Source: Lama guanicoe (lineage: Eukaryota). Taken from it: 64,000 nucleotides of DNA. The DNA is taken from contig MU054323.1 in the NCBI GenBank assembly GCA_013239625.1, positions 18,680,819 through 18,744,818 on the forward strand, in the 5' to 3' direction. Position numbers and translations under genes: made by a program. Shown piece by piece: positions 11,951 to 25,581 of the stretch. Within the stretch, counting starts at the first letter, position 1. The number at the start of each line of letters is the position of its first letter. The notes beneath the pieces are model-generated. The model worked only from the letters and a program-made list of their open reading frames with translations, was not told where the DNA came from and made no database searches.

Positions 11951-12539
11951 AGCATTTTCCCTTTTTATTGTTTAAAATAGGCACTGCATGATAAAATGAC
12001 AATGGATTACACTTCAGATGTGCCAAGGAGATGGATGACCAAATTTGAGAAAAGTATACATAAAGACTTAAAATACAAACACATTATTCTTCCAGAATAA
12101 TTCTTGTCATGGAATATTAGTATAGCCATGTAACCTTCTATTCACCAGCTAAGTATCTTGGCATTAAGCAGTTAAAGTATACTCACCACTAGCCATCACA
12201 TTCTCATCTTTCCTCTGACCTAGGAGCCAGGACATCTCCTTGCCATTTAAATAGATTTTGTCTTTGTGATCTGACCATCACAGTCCTTTATCTAAAAACA
12301 AAGAGATACCAAAAAGGCATTGATAGAGGAAAAAAATATTGTCGCTGTTCTAAGAAGTAGGTTGTTGGCTATGTTCTCTGTGATAAGTGACATTTTCCCT
12401 TCATTTATTCACATCCAAATCTGTAACTTCTGGATCTCCAATGCTTGACGTGTCCCCACAGCTTTCAGGATGGTGGTCACAATAGTGTTAAGGGAGCAAA
12501 GACATTATCCACATAGATGTTAATTTCCCTATTATGAAG

Positions 12540-13500
12540 TACAAAGTCATTTCCACTTTCTCTCTTTGGTCATGTGGTTAAGTGATGTCTGCAAGGATTC
12601 TCCACTATACATTATTTTTCCACTTACAATGAATCTGGGGAGGGGATAGCTCAGTGGTAGAGTGCATGCCTAGCATGCGTGAGGTCCTGGGTTCAATCCC
12701 CAGTACCTCCATTAAAAATTAAGATGTAACTAATCTGTAACTTGTGGGGAGGCATTTTAAGACTATATCAATATCCTATTCCTCATCAAAATTTCACCCA
12801 TTTAATTTAGCAGATGTTGGTTATTTCTAACCTTATCATTTCTTCTATATTTATTAATTGGCATTCTATTGATAGAGATTTCTTGTCTCTTATTATTAAT
12901 TAGTTGATTTATGTGTATGCGTATAGATTCATGGATTCTTGTTGTATTCAGATTTATTTATTGTTATTGTATTATTATTTTAATGCTCAAGTTGCACTAG
13001 TTTTGGCCAGTGGGAACTTTTACAATCTTTTTTGCTCGCCTCCATGATTTTGTGGTCATTTCTATTTTGGTGAAAATGTTCCAGACCCATATTGGGTTTT
13101 CTCTGCTCCAGACTTGTTATTGGTATTTACTTCAATGAGTCCTGGTTCCTTTCAGTAGAGAATAACATTTAGAAATGAAGGTCTGGGGAAGAAATTTATT
13201 CATTGTTACTGGTGTGTCATTCCCTCTAGGCCCACTCAGCAGATGGAGCTAGAAAATACATGCATGTACATACACGCATCCTATACATTTACAGATGCAC
13301 CTGTCAGTTCCTCTGTGTATCTGTGTAATGACTGAGTTCATATTAATTCCCATTCAACACCACAGGAAACATTTCTGTTTTTCCCTTTTCTATATTTGTA
13401 ATTCCTACTGCCAATAGCGAGAAAATGACCTCTTAATCTCAAATATATGTATTGCTTTAAACCCAGAATACAGAGAAAGTAGTCTCAAGGTTGTTGCAGG
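12540..13500 (-). mobile_element. Old L1 3'UTR (L1MC4/L1MD-like), interrupted by a SINE
   Basis: GAGTCCTGGTTCCTTTCAGTAGAGAATAACATTTAGAAATGAAGGTCTGGG and TTGGCCAGTGGGAAC motifs. Confidence 0.65.
12637..12718 (+). mobile_element. Vic-1-type tRNA-Ala-derived camelid SINE
   Basis: GGGGAGGGGATAGCTCAGTGGTAGAGTGCATGCCTAGCATGCGTGAGGTCCTGGGTTCAATCCCCAGTACCTCCATTAAAAA with intact A and B boxes. Confidence 0.92.
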
Positions 13501-13544
13501 CTATTTTTATTAACAGAAAATCAATCTATCAATCAAAGTAAATC

Positions 13545-13752
13545 AGTTGAGTATGAGTACGTGTATCCACAACATTCACCCTTTTAAAGTGTACAATTCA
13601 GTGGTTTGTAGTAGATTTACAAAGTTGTGAACCACCATCACTATCTACACCCAGGACATTTTCATCAACCTCCCTCAAAAAAAAAAATCCCATACTCATT
13701 GGCAGTTGCTCACCATTATTCCTCTCCTAGCCCCCGGAAAATGTTAATCTGC
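13545..13752 (-). mobile_element. Old L1 3' terminal fragment (L1MB-like)
   Basis: ATTCACCCTTTTAAAGTGTACAATTCAGTGGTTT...AAAGTTGTGAACCACCATCACTATCTA. Confidence 0.8.
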
Positions 13753-15579
13753 AGGTAAATAATAGTTCAGTAATATAGTCGGGCACCTCCAATTAGTGCA
13801 AAAAGAGTGAAAAGAGAGAACGCTATTTATGTCCTTGAAAATGCAAAGGCTCTTGAAGAATACATGGTAGAGGAATGGATCTAGCTAGGTCACAAGTTTC
13901 AGCAACATCTCAAGCAGCTCCTGTAAAGGAATCTAATGAGAGTGAGTTTTCTAGCTGATAAAAAAAAAGTAAAGACAAGATGCAAAACTTCCTTAGAGGA
14001 GGATTTCACAGGCTTAAGTAATTCTATAGTAAACGTAGTCACTATGAAGCAGGAACAAAAAACCTCCTCTTTAGAGTTAAGTGCAGCTGTGATGGAGTGA
14101 ATTTCTAAATATTTTAAGAAGACAGCAATGTCTCAAAGATGATTTCCTAAAATAGAGATGGGATGTCTCTAGGGATTCAGGTAGGATGAATGCTTAGTGC
14201 CAGGGCTGCCCTGGTGGATTTGGATTTCTGTGAATGGCCATTTCAATGGTTAAACCTAAAGGAAAAGTGGAGCAAAGAGATTGGGAATATTCAGTGGGAA
14301 GCACACTTCTTCCTAATATCTGATATTTCCTTCCAGATGGAGAAGGTTCCACTAGGATGAAACTCCTGTGAGCACTTCATATCCCCATATAATCATCCCA
14401 GGGACAAAGGAATGCATTAATTGGTGCATTTTGGCTTAGGGAACTGGCATGCATGTTTCTTTGTTCCCTGGGAGCAGCCTTGTCCATAAAACAAGAATTC
14501 TGCTTTGCTCTTTCATGCTGTGAGTGTTTCAGAAACACTTTCTGTGTCTGGTACAATGCCCTGTGCGAGTTCTGTGACAGCTATGCCTTGTCTGAGAATC
14601 AATATTTGGAGTCCATTTCCTTAAAGATATAAGCCACATTTTTTCATCTTTTATTGTTATTAGCTGGTTCTTTTTTTCTCTATTCTCAATTGGCTCAGTT
14701 CTTTTGTAGAGATCGGATTTTGTTATTGGACCACCTATAGCCTGTTTTAATTGTTAGCATCCCAATGCTACCCTCTCTGAAGCCAAGGTTACTGTGATAT
14801 CTCTAACCTCATCTTATTTACCTTTCATTTTTTAGAATTATCCTCAGAGTTCTTATCACATTATTGATTCAAGTGACTGAGGATCTCTGTGTTAATGATG
14901 TAAGATACTTTATCACTGGTATGGTTTTAGTGCAGTGGTAGGAATTTGCAGTGTGATGCTGAAAAAAACTGCAGCTCTGCCTGGTTGATGTTGTTGTTTG
15001 GCTTTCTGTGAAAATGGAAGTATTTTAATATTTAAAGAATTTATTTCTTATATATACAACTGCTATTACATTTCTTTGGTCTTCATTTCACTTACATTCC
15101 ACCCTAAGTTATAAAATATGCTTATGTAGGACTTTTATTTAATACACTAAAATCTTTTCTTATACTATATAATTTAAATCTAATTATATCCATACATTTA
15201 AAACATCAATTACAGCAATTTATCAGAGTAATACATTATTCTCCAACCTCTGACATCTTTCTTTATTTTCTGCCTGTTGTCTCTGCTTTCATTTATTAAC
15301 TATTTTATAAAAATGGGGAAATGGTAGTGGCAGGCAAAGACATACAAAGTTTTGCTTTTTATCAGTTTTATGGACTCTAACAACTGAATGTATTCTCAAT
15401 ATAGCCATCAGTGTGTGATATTGACATAATACCATTGTGTATAAAGGAAGATATACAAAGTATTCAGCAGTGAAAATAATGAGAATATTTCTTGTTTTGA
15501 GAGAGATTTTAAAAGTTCCTGAGACCCTTGAAAGTCAATATGCAGAAAGAGGCAAGCTCATCCATGTAGATTAAATAGG

Positions 15580-16090
15580 CAAAATCATTTTGGAAAGCAA
15601 TTTGGAGACATATATTAAGATCTTTAGAATTTGCACATTCTTGGGCCACTTCTGGGACATTATTCTAAATAAAGTATTTTTAATATTTTAAAGAAGACTT
15701 TATGCATGAAGATTTCTATAATAATGAAAAATATGAAACAACTGAGCTGTTTAACAAAAATAATGGAAAAATAAAGCCAGATACAGAAACATAATAGAAT
15801 ATATTAGACTTATTAAATTACGTTAATGAGTCCATCTTCATATGCAGGATACATAAGCCGTAATAATAAGAGGAAATTGTACATTCACCATGATGACAAT
15901 ACTATAAAACTGAAAAAATCCAAATCTATGAAATATAGAAATATTTAGAAGGAAATAAGACAAAATATTTATAGTGACTGTCTTAGGTTGAATAAATATA
16001 TTTTTCTTGAACTTAAAATTTTTTAATCACAGTTTCAGTCGTGATGGACTGTCATGTAATAACATTCATAATAAAAACAACCTTTTTATT
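15580..16090 (+). mobile_element. Ancient L1ME-like 3' fragment
   Basis: TTTTGGAAAGCAATTTGG...CCACTTCTGGGACATTATTCTAA...AGAAGGAAATAAGACAAAATATTTATAGTG. Confidence 0.6.
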
Positions 16091-17309
16091 TTAAAAAGTA
16101 ATGTTCAAATAATAGTCAATATACAGATTTCAAAGTGACTGTGTATGTGATTTCTTGGACTGAGTTAATCCATGAAGCCTCACAGCAGAGTTGAGTTTAA
16201 CTTAAAATTCAAAAGTGGCTGAAATAAAAAAAAAATCCAAGCTCTTATCTGATGCTTGTTTAGTAGGTGTTGCCACAGGAGCATGAGGGAAATGGTACGG
16301 ATTCACTAGCTTTATTCTTCCATGTGGATTTTTAGGAAAATCACCTCTGCAGCTCAGGAAGTTTTCTCATAGTAGTGTAAGTTTTTGTTTGCCTCCGTAA
16401 AATCTTCCTTATAGCCTTTACATGATTTTTTTTCCTCTTGCTTTGAATGTCATCTTTTCTGTTTAGTTCATTTTTTCCCTTGAGGATTTGATTAGTCAGC
16501 CCTTAGAGAAAGAACAGAAATAGTAAATAGAGGCATCTTGAGACCCAAAAAGGGGTGGTTTACTTTTACAAGAATTATTTTTCCTACCATACGTGGAGGT
16601 GAGAATAATGATTCTTAAATGCTACAACCTCTAAAGCACTGCTAAACACAAATAATACAGTACAAATATTACAATAGTATACACAGTATCAGAGAAAGTA
16701 CTCTACATTCTCAAACTCCAGGCACTCTTCACATGATGTGGTAATCCTATATGACAAAGTGTGTAGGTTTGCCCATGCGATATATATGATACACCTCATT
16801 TTATATAATTTAAAATATCAGTAATATTACAGCATACATGCTCTCCTCTAAAACAGCTTTATTAAATGTTTCATGTTTTTTTCCCTCGTGTCAAAGCACA
16901 TAGAACATCTTCATCCTCCTTAAAAATTATATTGTAATCTGAGAGTGAACCATAATTAATTTCTTTAATTTTTATTGATCATGACTTAGATCATGTGTAA
17001 ATTACTGCTTTTTCTCTATTGTAGAACAATCTTGCAATCACTATCCTAGTATATATGTCTTGGTCTGATTATATTTTCAAAGCAGGAACATTAAATATAG
17101 TTGGGAGGTGGCTATTATTGATTTAAGCCTGTGTTATACAAGCAGAGAATAGGCAATATATCAAGTGACAGTAGAGACAGGGCAATGCAAATGGATCTAT
17201 CTTTGGACCTGCCCTTAGAGGAATTAGATCGTAAGAGAATAGTCCAATCAGAGAACTAAGAAATACCACTGTGATCATCAATCAAGAGCATAATGGCAAT
17301 GATTATGAT

Positions 17310-17480
17310 GATAACTTTTATTAAAAGCTTATGATCTGCCAGTGAGTGAGTTAAACTGTCTTACATAATTCCTACAAAAACCCTCTTAGTAAGATAATAC
17401 TACTATGCCCATTTTGCACATGAAGACATTAAGGTAAATTAATTCCACCTAGGTCACATAGTGGAATCTATTTTCAGGGC
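17310..17480 (-). mobile_element. MIR SINE
   Basis: CCCATTTTGCACATGAAGACATTAAGG...CCTAGGTCACATAG. Confidence 0.65.
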
Positions 17481-19127
17481 AAGAATTTGGTTTCACTATA
17501 TATAATCCCATGAACAAGTATAACAATAAAGGCAGTAAGAGCCCTGAATAGAAATATCTATACCCCAGGTCCTCGTTGAAGTTGGCCTCTAGCTGTTAAA
17601 ATGACTTGGGTCACAACCATAATGAGCGACACTGTATGAGATGAAAAGACTTCAGGTATTGGGTCAGGGCCACTCCTGTCTTTTCAACTCAGCAAACACC
17701 TCATTCAAGGTGATATTTTGTTGTTTAAATGGGCCTAAGTATATTCAAATGCTTTGCAGTCCACAAAATGGGGAAGTGGAAAAATGTCCAAGAAAGTGAA
17801 GGCCAATTGCAGTTTCATTGTGCACATTAATTCTGTCAAAGTATTCTATGATAAAGCTTCTTACTAAAGTCCAAGAACATAAAGGCTGGAATAGAAGGGA
17901 AGTGGGAGAAAACCTACAGAGTTACTGAATCACTACTCAATCTTTCTGTAGTTTTGCATATACGAATACTACTATCTAATGATGGCTTCTTTAGACTAGA
18001 TCAAGTATTATTTCGATCACTTGAACAATTTTGCAATGGACCCATAGCGACTGATGTTATTTTTAAAGAACCAAAGGCATGCATCATACATTTCCAGGAC
18101 AATCACTTAGATATTAATTCAAAACATTTGATTCACTGTTGATTTCCTCCTTGTCTCTTACCTCTCACAGTTGTAGGGTCAAGTTTAATTGATTTTTTTT
18201 TTTAACCTCAAAGGCTCACTTAAATCTGCCTCTTTTTTTCTACCACGATTAAGAATTCTACATGGATGACAGAGGATGGAAAGTGTTCCCCCACTCTGGG
18301 GTGGGACCCAGGGAAACCAGATAATTTACACTGGGGTAGAAATGAGGCAAAGGACATGTTTCCTAATTAAGGAACATGAGGGTTGAGGTTGGTAGGGTGG
18401 GATTTTAGGGAGCTCAGAAAGAAGCTTCCCTGAGCAACATCCCAAATGCCCTCCCATGGTTCCCAAGTGAGGAAGAGGCAAAGATCCAAAGAGTGGTAGA
18501 CATAGACTTGTATGAAATTAATATGTTCAGAGTCTCAATACTTGTTAACACTGACTATTGACATTATTTTTATATAGACTCTTTATAAGAATACATTTGA
18601 TTCAGGGGCCCTTAGAAGAGAATTTGTCTTAGAATATGAAGCCATCTCTCTCTCTCTCCAGTTATCTCCACATATATCTATGGATTTACATCTATCTATC
18701 TATCTGGTTATTATTTATTGGTTTTCTTATTTTATTTATTTTTTGATGCTGCTGCTACAGTGATAAATATGTTGCTACTTTAAGCTGCAATATTTTTAAA
18801 TCTAAGGAATAGGTGGTAACCTCAAAAGAATTGGTGAGAGTGAAGTCAGTAATCACCCTAATTCTTTGGCTCATTTTCCCAATCTAAGCACAGAAAGTCA
18901 GCCCTTTAAAGGATGAGAAGTAAAAACGTTATGAGTAGAGGAAACTTTCCATGGACTCTCTTCAAATTGGCCATATTTTATCTGTTAGCTATTTGTACTT
19001 ATACCTGCTATAGCTTCAGGAAGCTGCAGCCTGGGAGAACCAGTGCTTTAGAAATGTATTTAGGGATCCCTCGAACTTGATTTTATACATGGAAATGTTG
19101 GCTGATTTATCAGATAAGAGCAATTAA

Positions 19128-19715
19128 TTTTTTTTAATTGAAGTGCAGTCAGTTTACAATGTTGTGTCAGTTTCTGGTGTACAGCATAGTGTTTTAGTCA
19201 TACATATACATATATATTCCTTTTCATTCTCTTTTTCATTATAGGTTACTACAAGATATTGGATATAGTTGCCTATGCCATACAATAGAAATTTGTTGTT
19301 TATCTATTTTATATGAAGTAGTTAATATCTGCAAATCTCCAACTCCTATTTTAGCCCTTCCCACCTGCTTTCCCCCTGGTAACCATGAGTTTGTTTTCTA
19401 CGTCTGTGAGTCTGTTTTCATTTTGCAAATAAGTTCATTTGTGTCTTTTTTTTTTTTAAGATTCCACATATGAGTGATATCATATGGTATTTTTCTTTCT
19501 CTTTCTGGCTTTCTTCACTTAGTATGATGATCTCCAGGTTCATATATGTTGCTGTAAGTGGCATTATTTTATGCTTTTTTATGGCCAAGTAATACTCATA
19601 TATATATATACCACATTTTCTTTATCCAGTCATTTGTCAATGGACATTTAGATTGTTTCCATGTTTTGGCTATTGTAAATAGTGCTGCTATAAACATTGG
19701 AGTGCATGTATCTTT
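19128..19715 (-). mobile_element. 5'-truncated artiodactyl/camelid-type L1 3' end
   Basis: T-tail followed by AATTGAAGTGCAGTCAGTTTACAATGTTGTG; collinear with the 3' end of the L1 at 5810. Confidence 0.92.
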
Positions 19716-21171
19716 TTAAAAGAGAAGGGAAAATTAATACCACTACCAAAATAATAAAAATAACAACCTCCAACAACTGATAAAATCTAGTTTCAGTTTT
19801 TATAAAAATATAGTTTTACCTATAAATGTTTGTATCTGGAAGAGATTGTTGGGAATGGCTCCTTCACTGGATATTCCTCTGGCGGAGTCGTGAGCTTTTC
19901 CAGTGGGTGTGGACTTTCTCTGAGCTGTGGTGGCCCTACATGGCATTCCTTTTTGTGTGCCTATTCAGTGCTCTTGAAGGGGTTTAGGAAGGCTTGCTTG
20001 GAGAGCACACATAGGAGTGGTGGCAAAGGAAAGAGATAAAGAGAGGAAGGGGGGAAGGTAGAGGAGGAAGAAAACCTGTGTCATAAATATGCTGAAAATG
20101 ATTTCATTTGAATTACTTTTCACATAAAAATTTGTTATTGAAAAACATAACTGTCTCAATCATCTGTGGTTTTATTGTTTAGGACTAATCTGAGTTATCC
20201 TGGAAGGAATTTTAAACATTATGATCACCACTGATTATTTAAAATATCTTTTTCTGTAGATATATAAAAATTACATTTAAATATCCTAATTGTTCAGGGT
20301 GAGTTTACTCTGTTTAAGTGAAATTATACTTTTAAAGGTATTTGGTACAAGTGTCTGCTCACTCTCTTTATCCATTTCATTATCCAAGAAGGGCCCCCAT
20401 TTCCATTTTCTTTTGTTCTCTTCCCACTGCCATTAGAACTTGACTGGAACTCTAGCAGGGGCAGGCCCAAGGTTAGAAGATGCTTGGACAATCCTGCAGC
20501 AGCAGCTCTGTGGCATACCAGGCAATCTGCCACGAGATAATGCCTCCTTCATGGAGGAATGTAGTGACTTGATAAGACTGTCACTTAGAGAGTGTGGTGC
20601 AAGGTATAGGGCATTCCAATTCCACAAGAAGAGTAATGTGATTTACCATGAGGCAATAAAATAAGTACATAGTAATCTTTTGACTGTATCTCTTCACTAT
20701 AATATCTATTACTAGACCAAATGAGAATAGAAAAGATACAACTCTATATCATCATTGTAAGCTGTCTTGTACAATAAAAATGAAGATAGAGCTCAAAAAT
20801 GAATCACTGCGGCTCTGTTCATAGACCTAATTGTAGACACTCCTCTATTTGTGCTCCCTAAAAACAGAAAGGACTTCCAGTTTAGGTCATGTGATTGAAA
20901 GGATTTAAAAAGAACAGAGTGAGAGAAATTAAGGAAGAAAAGAAACTTATGGACGAAGGACAGAGAAGCATGGAAGGGTAGTTTCTAATAATTATTTAAT
21001 TTTATGCTGAGTAGAAATAAAGGGATTTTACTGAAAGATCTTTTGAACTCATGTCTTACTCTTAGAGTTCTGAGAATTTTACTTTCATTGACTCAGAAAA
21101 AGACCCATTAGTTAATTGGGGGCATAGTTAGGAGAAAGAGTCTCTAAAAAAGTAAGTCTGCAAATATGCCT

Positions 21172-21975
21172 ATTAAATAGCCAAAATTTGGAATGCTAAC
21201 ATCATCAAATACTGGCAAGGAACTCCCATTCATTGCTAGGGGAAATGCAAAATGGTGCAGCCATTTTGGAACACAGTTTGGTGATTTCTCACAAAATTAA
21301 GCGTACTCTTACCATAAAATTTAAGAATGGTATTCCTTGTTATTTACCTAAAGGAAGCAAAAACTTGTGTCCACACAAACACATGCATATGGATGTTTAT
21401 AGCAGCTTTATTCATAATTACTAAATCTTGGAATCAACCAATAGTCCTTCAGTAGGTGGATGGATACTTTAACTGTAGTACCTTCAGATAATGGACTGCT
21501 ATTCAGTGCTGAAAAGAAATGCACTATCAAGCCATGAGAAGATGTGGAGGGATTTTAATATCATATTACTAAGTGAAAAGGCTACATACTGTATGATACC
21601 AACTATAGGACATTCTGGAAAAGGTGAAGCTATGGAGACAAACTAATTTGTTGGTTGCCAGGGGTGAGGGTAGAGGGTAGGGATGCCCAGAGAAGGGCAG
21701 TGAAAATATTTTGTATAATATTCAAATGATGGGTAGATATCATTATACATTTGTACAAACGTACAACACCAAGAGTGAATCATAATGTAAACTATGGACT
21801 TTGGGTGATTACGATGCATCAGTATGGCTTCATGTTTGGTAGCAATGCAGCCTTCCCGTGATTGGTACTGCTCATCAGGAGACTGTGCGTGTGTGCAGTC
21901 AGGGGATATGTGGTACCTGTCCTTTAATTTTGTTGTGAACTTTAAACTGTTCTAAAAAATAAAGTCTTAAAAAAA
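21172..21975 (+). mobile_element. Old L1 3' end (L1MC1/2-like) with recognisable TSD
   Basis: ACACCAAGAGTGAATCATAATGTAAACTATGGACTTTGGGTGAT, AATAAA and A-tail. Flanks AAAAGTAAGTCTGCAAATATGCCT (21148-21171) / AAAAATAGGCCTACAAATATGCCT (21971-21994). Confidence 0.88.
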
Positions 21976-24273
21976 TAGGCCTACAAATATGCCTTTGATA
22001 TGAGTAGTTTTTCTTTACCTGAGAAGGCATCCTCTTCAACACTGTCACCATTTTGGGGATGGAATCCTAAGGAAGAAAAAGAGATAATAAGAACTGTTGC
22101 TTAGATATATTTTCTGAGTACTTGGAATGGTTTGTGTTGTAAATAGCTTATTCTTACATCCTCTCCTTACTATCTATCTAATTATTTCTTCATTTCATTT
22201 TTTTTTATTTTCTGAAATGTGAACCTCATATTTTCAAAGTATAAAGAAAAGAAAATGGTTCAGAAAAAAATGTGGTTTCCCATAAAAATATCTTTCATCA
22301 TATCATAGACATAATTAAGCCTTAGAACGTAAAGGAGAAGCAATAAAAATAAAGCTTGTATTCATTGATTGAAAGCAAGATATCAACATATATATTGTAC
22401 TTCCTTCATCTGTGAGAGGTGTCTTTTTGAAAAATTGTGTGATGCTGAAATTCCATTTGTGTATGAACATAAAAATAGAAGCATCTAATAAACTCACATA
22501 ACCATCGGTGATTTATTAGGAACAACTTCTTGTTCAGATATATTAGATATGAATTTGTACTTTATGTTTTCCATTACTCAGAACTCAGCTTTTCCACTGA
22601 TTATTTCTGTCAGTTTTACATCCTTCTTCTTTTAAAAAAATTTAGCAAGTTATTTAAGGCAGCTGGACAAGCATCCTGTAATGGAACCCTTCACAAATAA
22701 TTATAACACAACAGACAACTGCAGTGTCTTCTGAAATGGGATTGTGGGAGGTGAAATGAACTTGTGCAAAATAAACAGAAGACAATATGTGAAATGACTG
22801 GAAAAAAGAAGATGGCCTTAGAGGTCTCAGACCACAGGGCACTTTACTCTATGTCAGTGACACGGAGGGAATTAGCGTCTATTGACAGGCGTGACGGTTG
22901 GTGGATACTCAGCACGCTGGCTCAAGTCTCTAGACTCTGTGACTTTCTAAGAGAAAGTTCAGAAACTCTCAAGGGGGTACTTTTATGATGTGGGGGAGGC
23001 AGACAGGGAAGAGAAAGAAAAAAGAGAGAGGGGTGGTCACTCTGTATTTCCATGAAAATATACAGGAATTTGTTCTGAAAGACACCAGTCCTTAAACACA
23101 TAGAATTTTGATAATGATGCAAATTCTGGGTAAGGCCCTTGACCACTCAGCCAGGTATATATTCTCTCTCTATCTATATATATATATTCAAGTGGTGTCT
23201 ATTCTGCTTGAAAGCAGCTAGTTTTGAAGTGCCTCTCATTTTCTCCATTGGGCCTTTCATGTCACCATGAACATAATGGGAACAATCCACTGTACTTGCT
23301 TGTCAGGGATGGATGCTTATGTCTGAGTTCAGGACATGACTGCACCGTGTAAGTTCTGTGATTTTATAAAAGTGCCTAATAAAACTTATTTCCAAGGGTA
23401 GTGTCCTTGACTGTAAAATCAGTTCAGTTTAGAGTGATCAAAGACACTCACTTGACCCCCGAGAATATATAGTTTGTAATAGGAAACATGTTAACTGTGA
23501 ATTCTAATATATTTCAAAGTGACCTAATTGGAAATTGTACTTTGTTCCTCACATTTTAAAAAATTTGGGGGGTAAATGAATGATCTTGACTGATGGATGG
23601 CATCTTTAGGGGATATGCAGTGGGCATCTGTCAGCAATACATGCAGAGGAGTTAGCAGTTAAAGTTTAGCTGCTGGGAATAAAGCATGCTATGATGAAAG
23701 AGATGCCTTGGCTCAATGACCACATCCTGGTTTTCATCCATTTTCCCCTAAATCCTGTGATTAAGTCAGAGGCCACAACCCTATGGCCATTAGTAAAAGA
23801 TTCTCTGACTGATTATTTGGGCTTTTTCAACTTTACTAGGTCTTTTTTTTTTATCACCATCAATGCCACAACTATTGTGGGATCTGCTTGAGGGTAGAAA
23901 TACTGACTTGTTACTAAATATATTGAAGACTATTATAGAAATGAGTAAGGAAAGGAAAGAAAAAAAAACTCTTCACAATTGGAGACTGGTTGATGTTTTA
24001 CACAGTTGCCTTCGAAGACTGGCAGATTTTTCCCTGGGGAGAGAACTTCACTTTTATTTAGGAAATCACCTTTTTTGAGTATGAAAAGGTCATGCTGTAA
24101 GGCATTGTGAAGAGAAGGAAAAAAAAAAAAAGAGGAGGAAGAAGAATGATACAAAAAAAGAAACACCTTACTCTGCAAAAGCAAAAAATAATAGATGGCA
24201 AGTTTTGGCTAGTAGGCTGAGGAATTGGAGGACTCAGGATTGGAAAGAAGTAAATTGGATGAAGGATCTAAAT

Positions 24274-24455
24274 CAGTAATTTTCAAACTAATTGCACGTT
24301 AGAATTAATAAGTGGGACGTTGAAAATAACACCCATTTCTTGGTTTCACTCTGTACAGAGTCTAATTTACTTGCTCGGAGTTGGGTCCAGACAACAATAT
24401 TTTTATAAAACCTCTCCAGCATTTCAAATTCTCAGCCAGGGAAGAGAATTGCCAG
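24274..24455. mobile_element. MER5A-like hAT-Charlie MITE
   Basis: CAGTAATTTTCAAACT...TTAGAATTA...ATTTTTATAAAACCTCTCCAG...CAGCCAGG. Confidence 0.6.
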
Positions 24456-25097
24456 GGAGAAGCTGGCCATATCTGGGTGGAGTTTATGAGGAAAGATGGA
24501 CAGTAAGAAATCCCCAAAAGTGACAAGAGCAAAGGAGCATTAAATTAAGAGCAGGATAATATTTAATCTTAAAATTACTTGTTTTTCTAGCTGTTCTGTC
24601 CTTCCCCTGTGCTAATTTCCTATCTTTAGTGGACTGTATTACATGCAGCAATCCAGTATTGATGGGGCTTCGGGGAATGGGAGTGACGGTCTGGTCCTGG
24701 TTAGAACTGGTGCTAAAAAAAGAGTAGCAACTGTAAGAGTTGAAACAAGAGTTCTGCAGAGATCAACCACAGATTAAGAGAAATCAGAAGAATATAGGGC
24801 GCTTGATATGCCTCAGAAATGTTGTTAGGGCTCCAGGCTTACTGCTACATGTGACAGGATGTCTTGGAATTCATTATTGGAAATAATTATCTCAAAGGGT
24901 GGGAGGACTGGGCATTAACCTCTTGATCGTATTGAGGGTCAATGAGAGTTTAATAATTTTTTTATGTGCTTGTTAGAAGAGGTTAACAGTCACCTTGAGG
25001 AATCCTTATTTGAATCTAGATTTGTAAAAGCTATGTGATCTTGAGCTAGTTAATTCTCGTCACTTCTTGTTTGTGTAACATGGGGCTAAACAGTGCC

Positions 25098-25528
25098 TTT
25101 TTAAATTGAATTATAGTTGACTTACAGTGTTGTGTTAGCTTCTAGTGATTCAGTTATAAATATACATATATACTTTTTCATTATAGATTATTACAAGATA
25201 TTGAATAAATTCCCTGTGCTCTACAGTAGGACTTTGCTGTTTATCTATTTTATATATAGTAGTTTGTATCTGCCAATCCCAAACTCCTAATTTCTCTCTC
25301 CACTTCCCCTTTCCTCACTGGTAACCACAAGTTTGTTTTCTATGTCTTTGAGTCTGTTTCTGTTTTTTAAACAAGTTCATTTGCATCATTTTTAAAATCC
25401 CACATATAAATTATATCATATGATATTTGTCTTTGTCTGACATACATCACTTAGTATAGTAATCTCTAGGTCCGTCCATGTTGCTGTAACTGGCATTATT
25501 TCATTTTTATGGCTGAGTAATATTCCAT

Positions 25529-25581
<53 letters not shown>

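Noticed and set aside
17977..18058. Possible C/D-box snoRNA (ATGATGG ... CTGA)
   Set aside because: Imperfect C box, no convincing terminal stem and no recognisable guide sequence.
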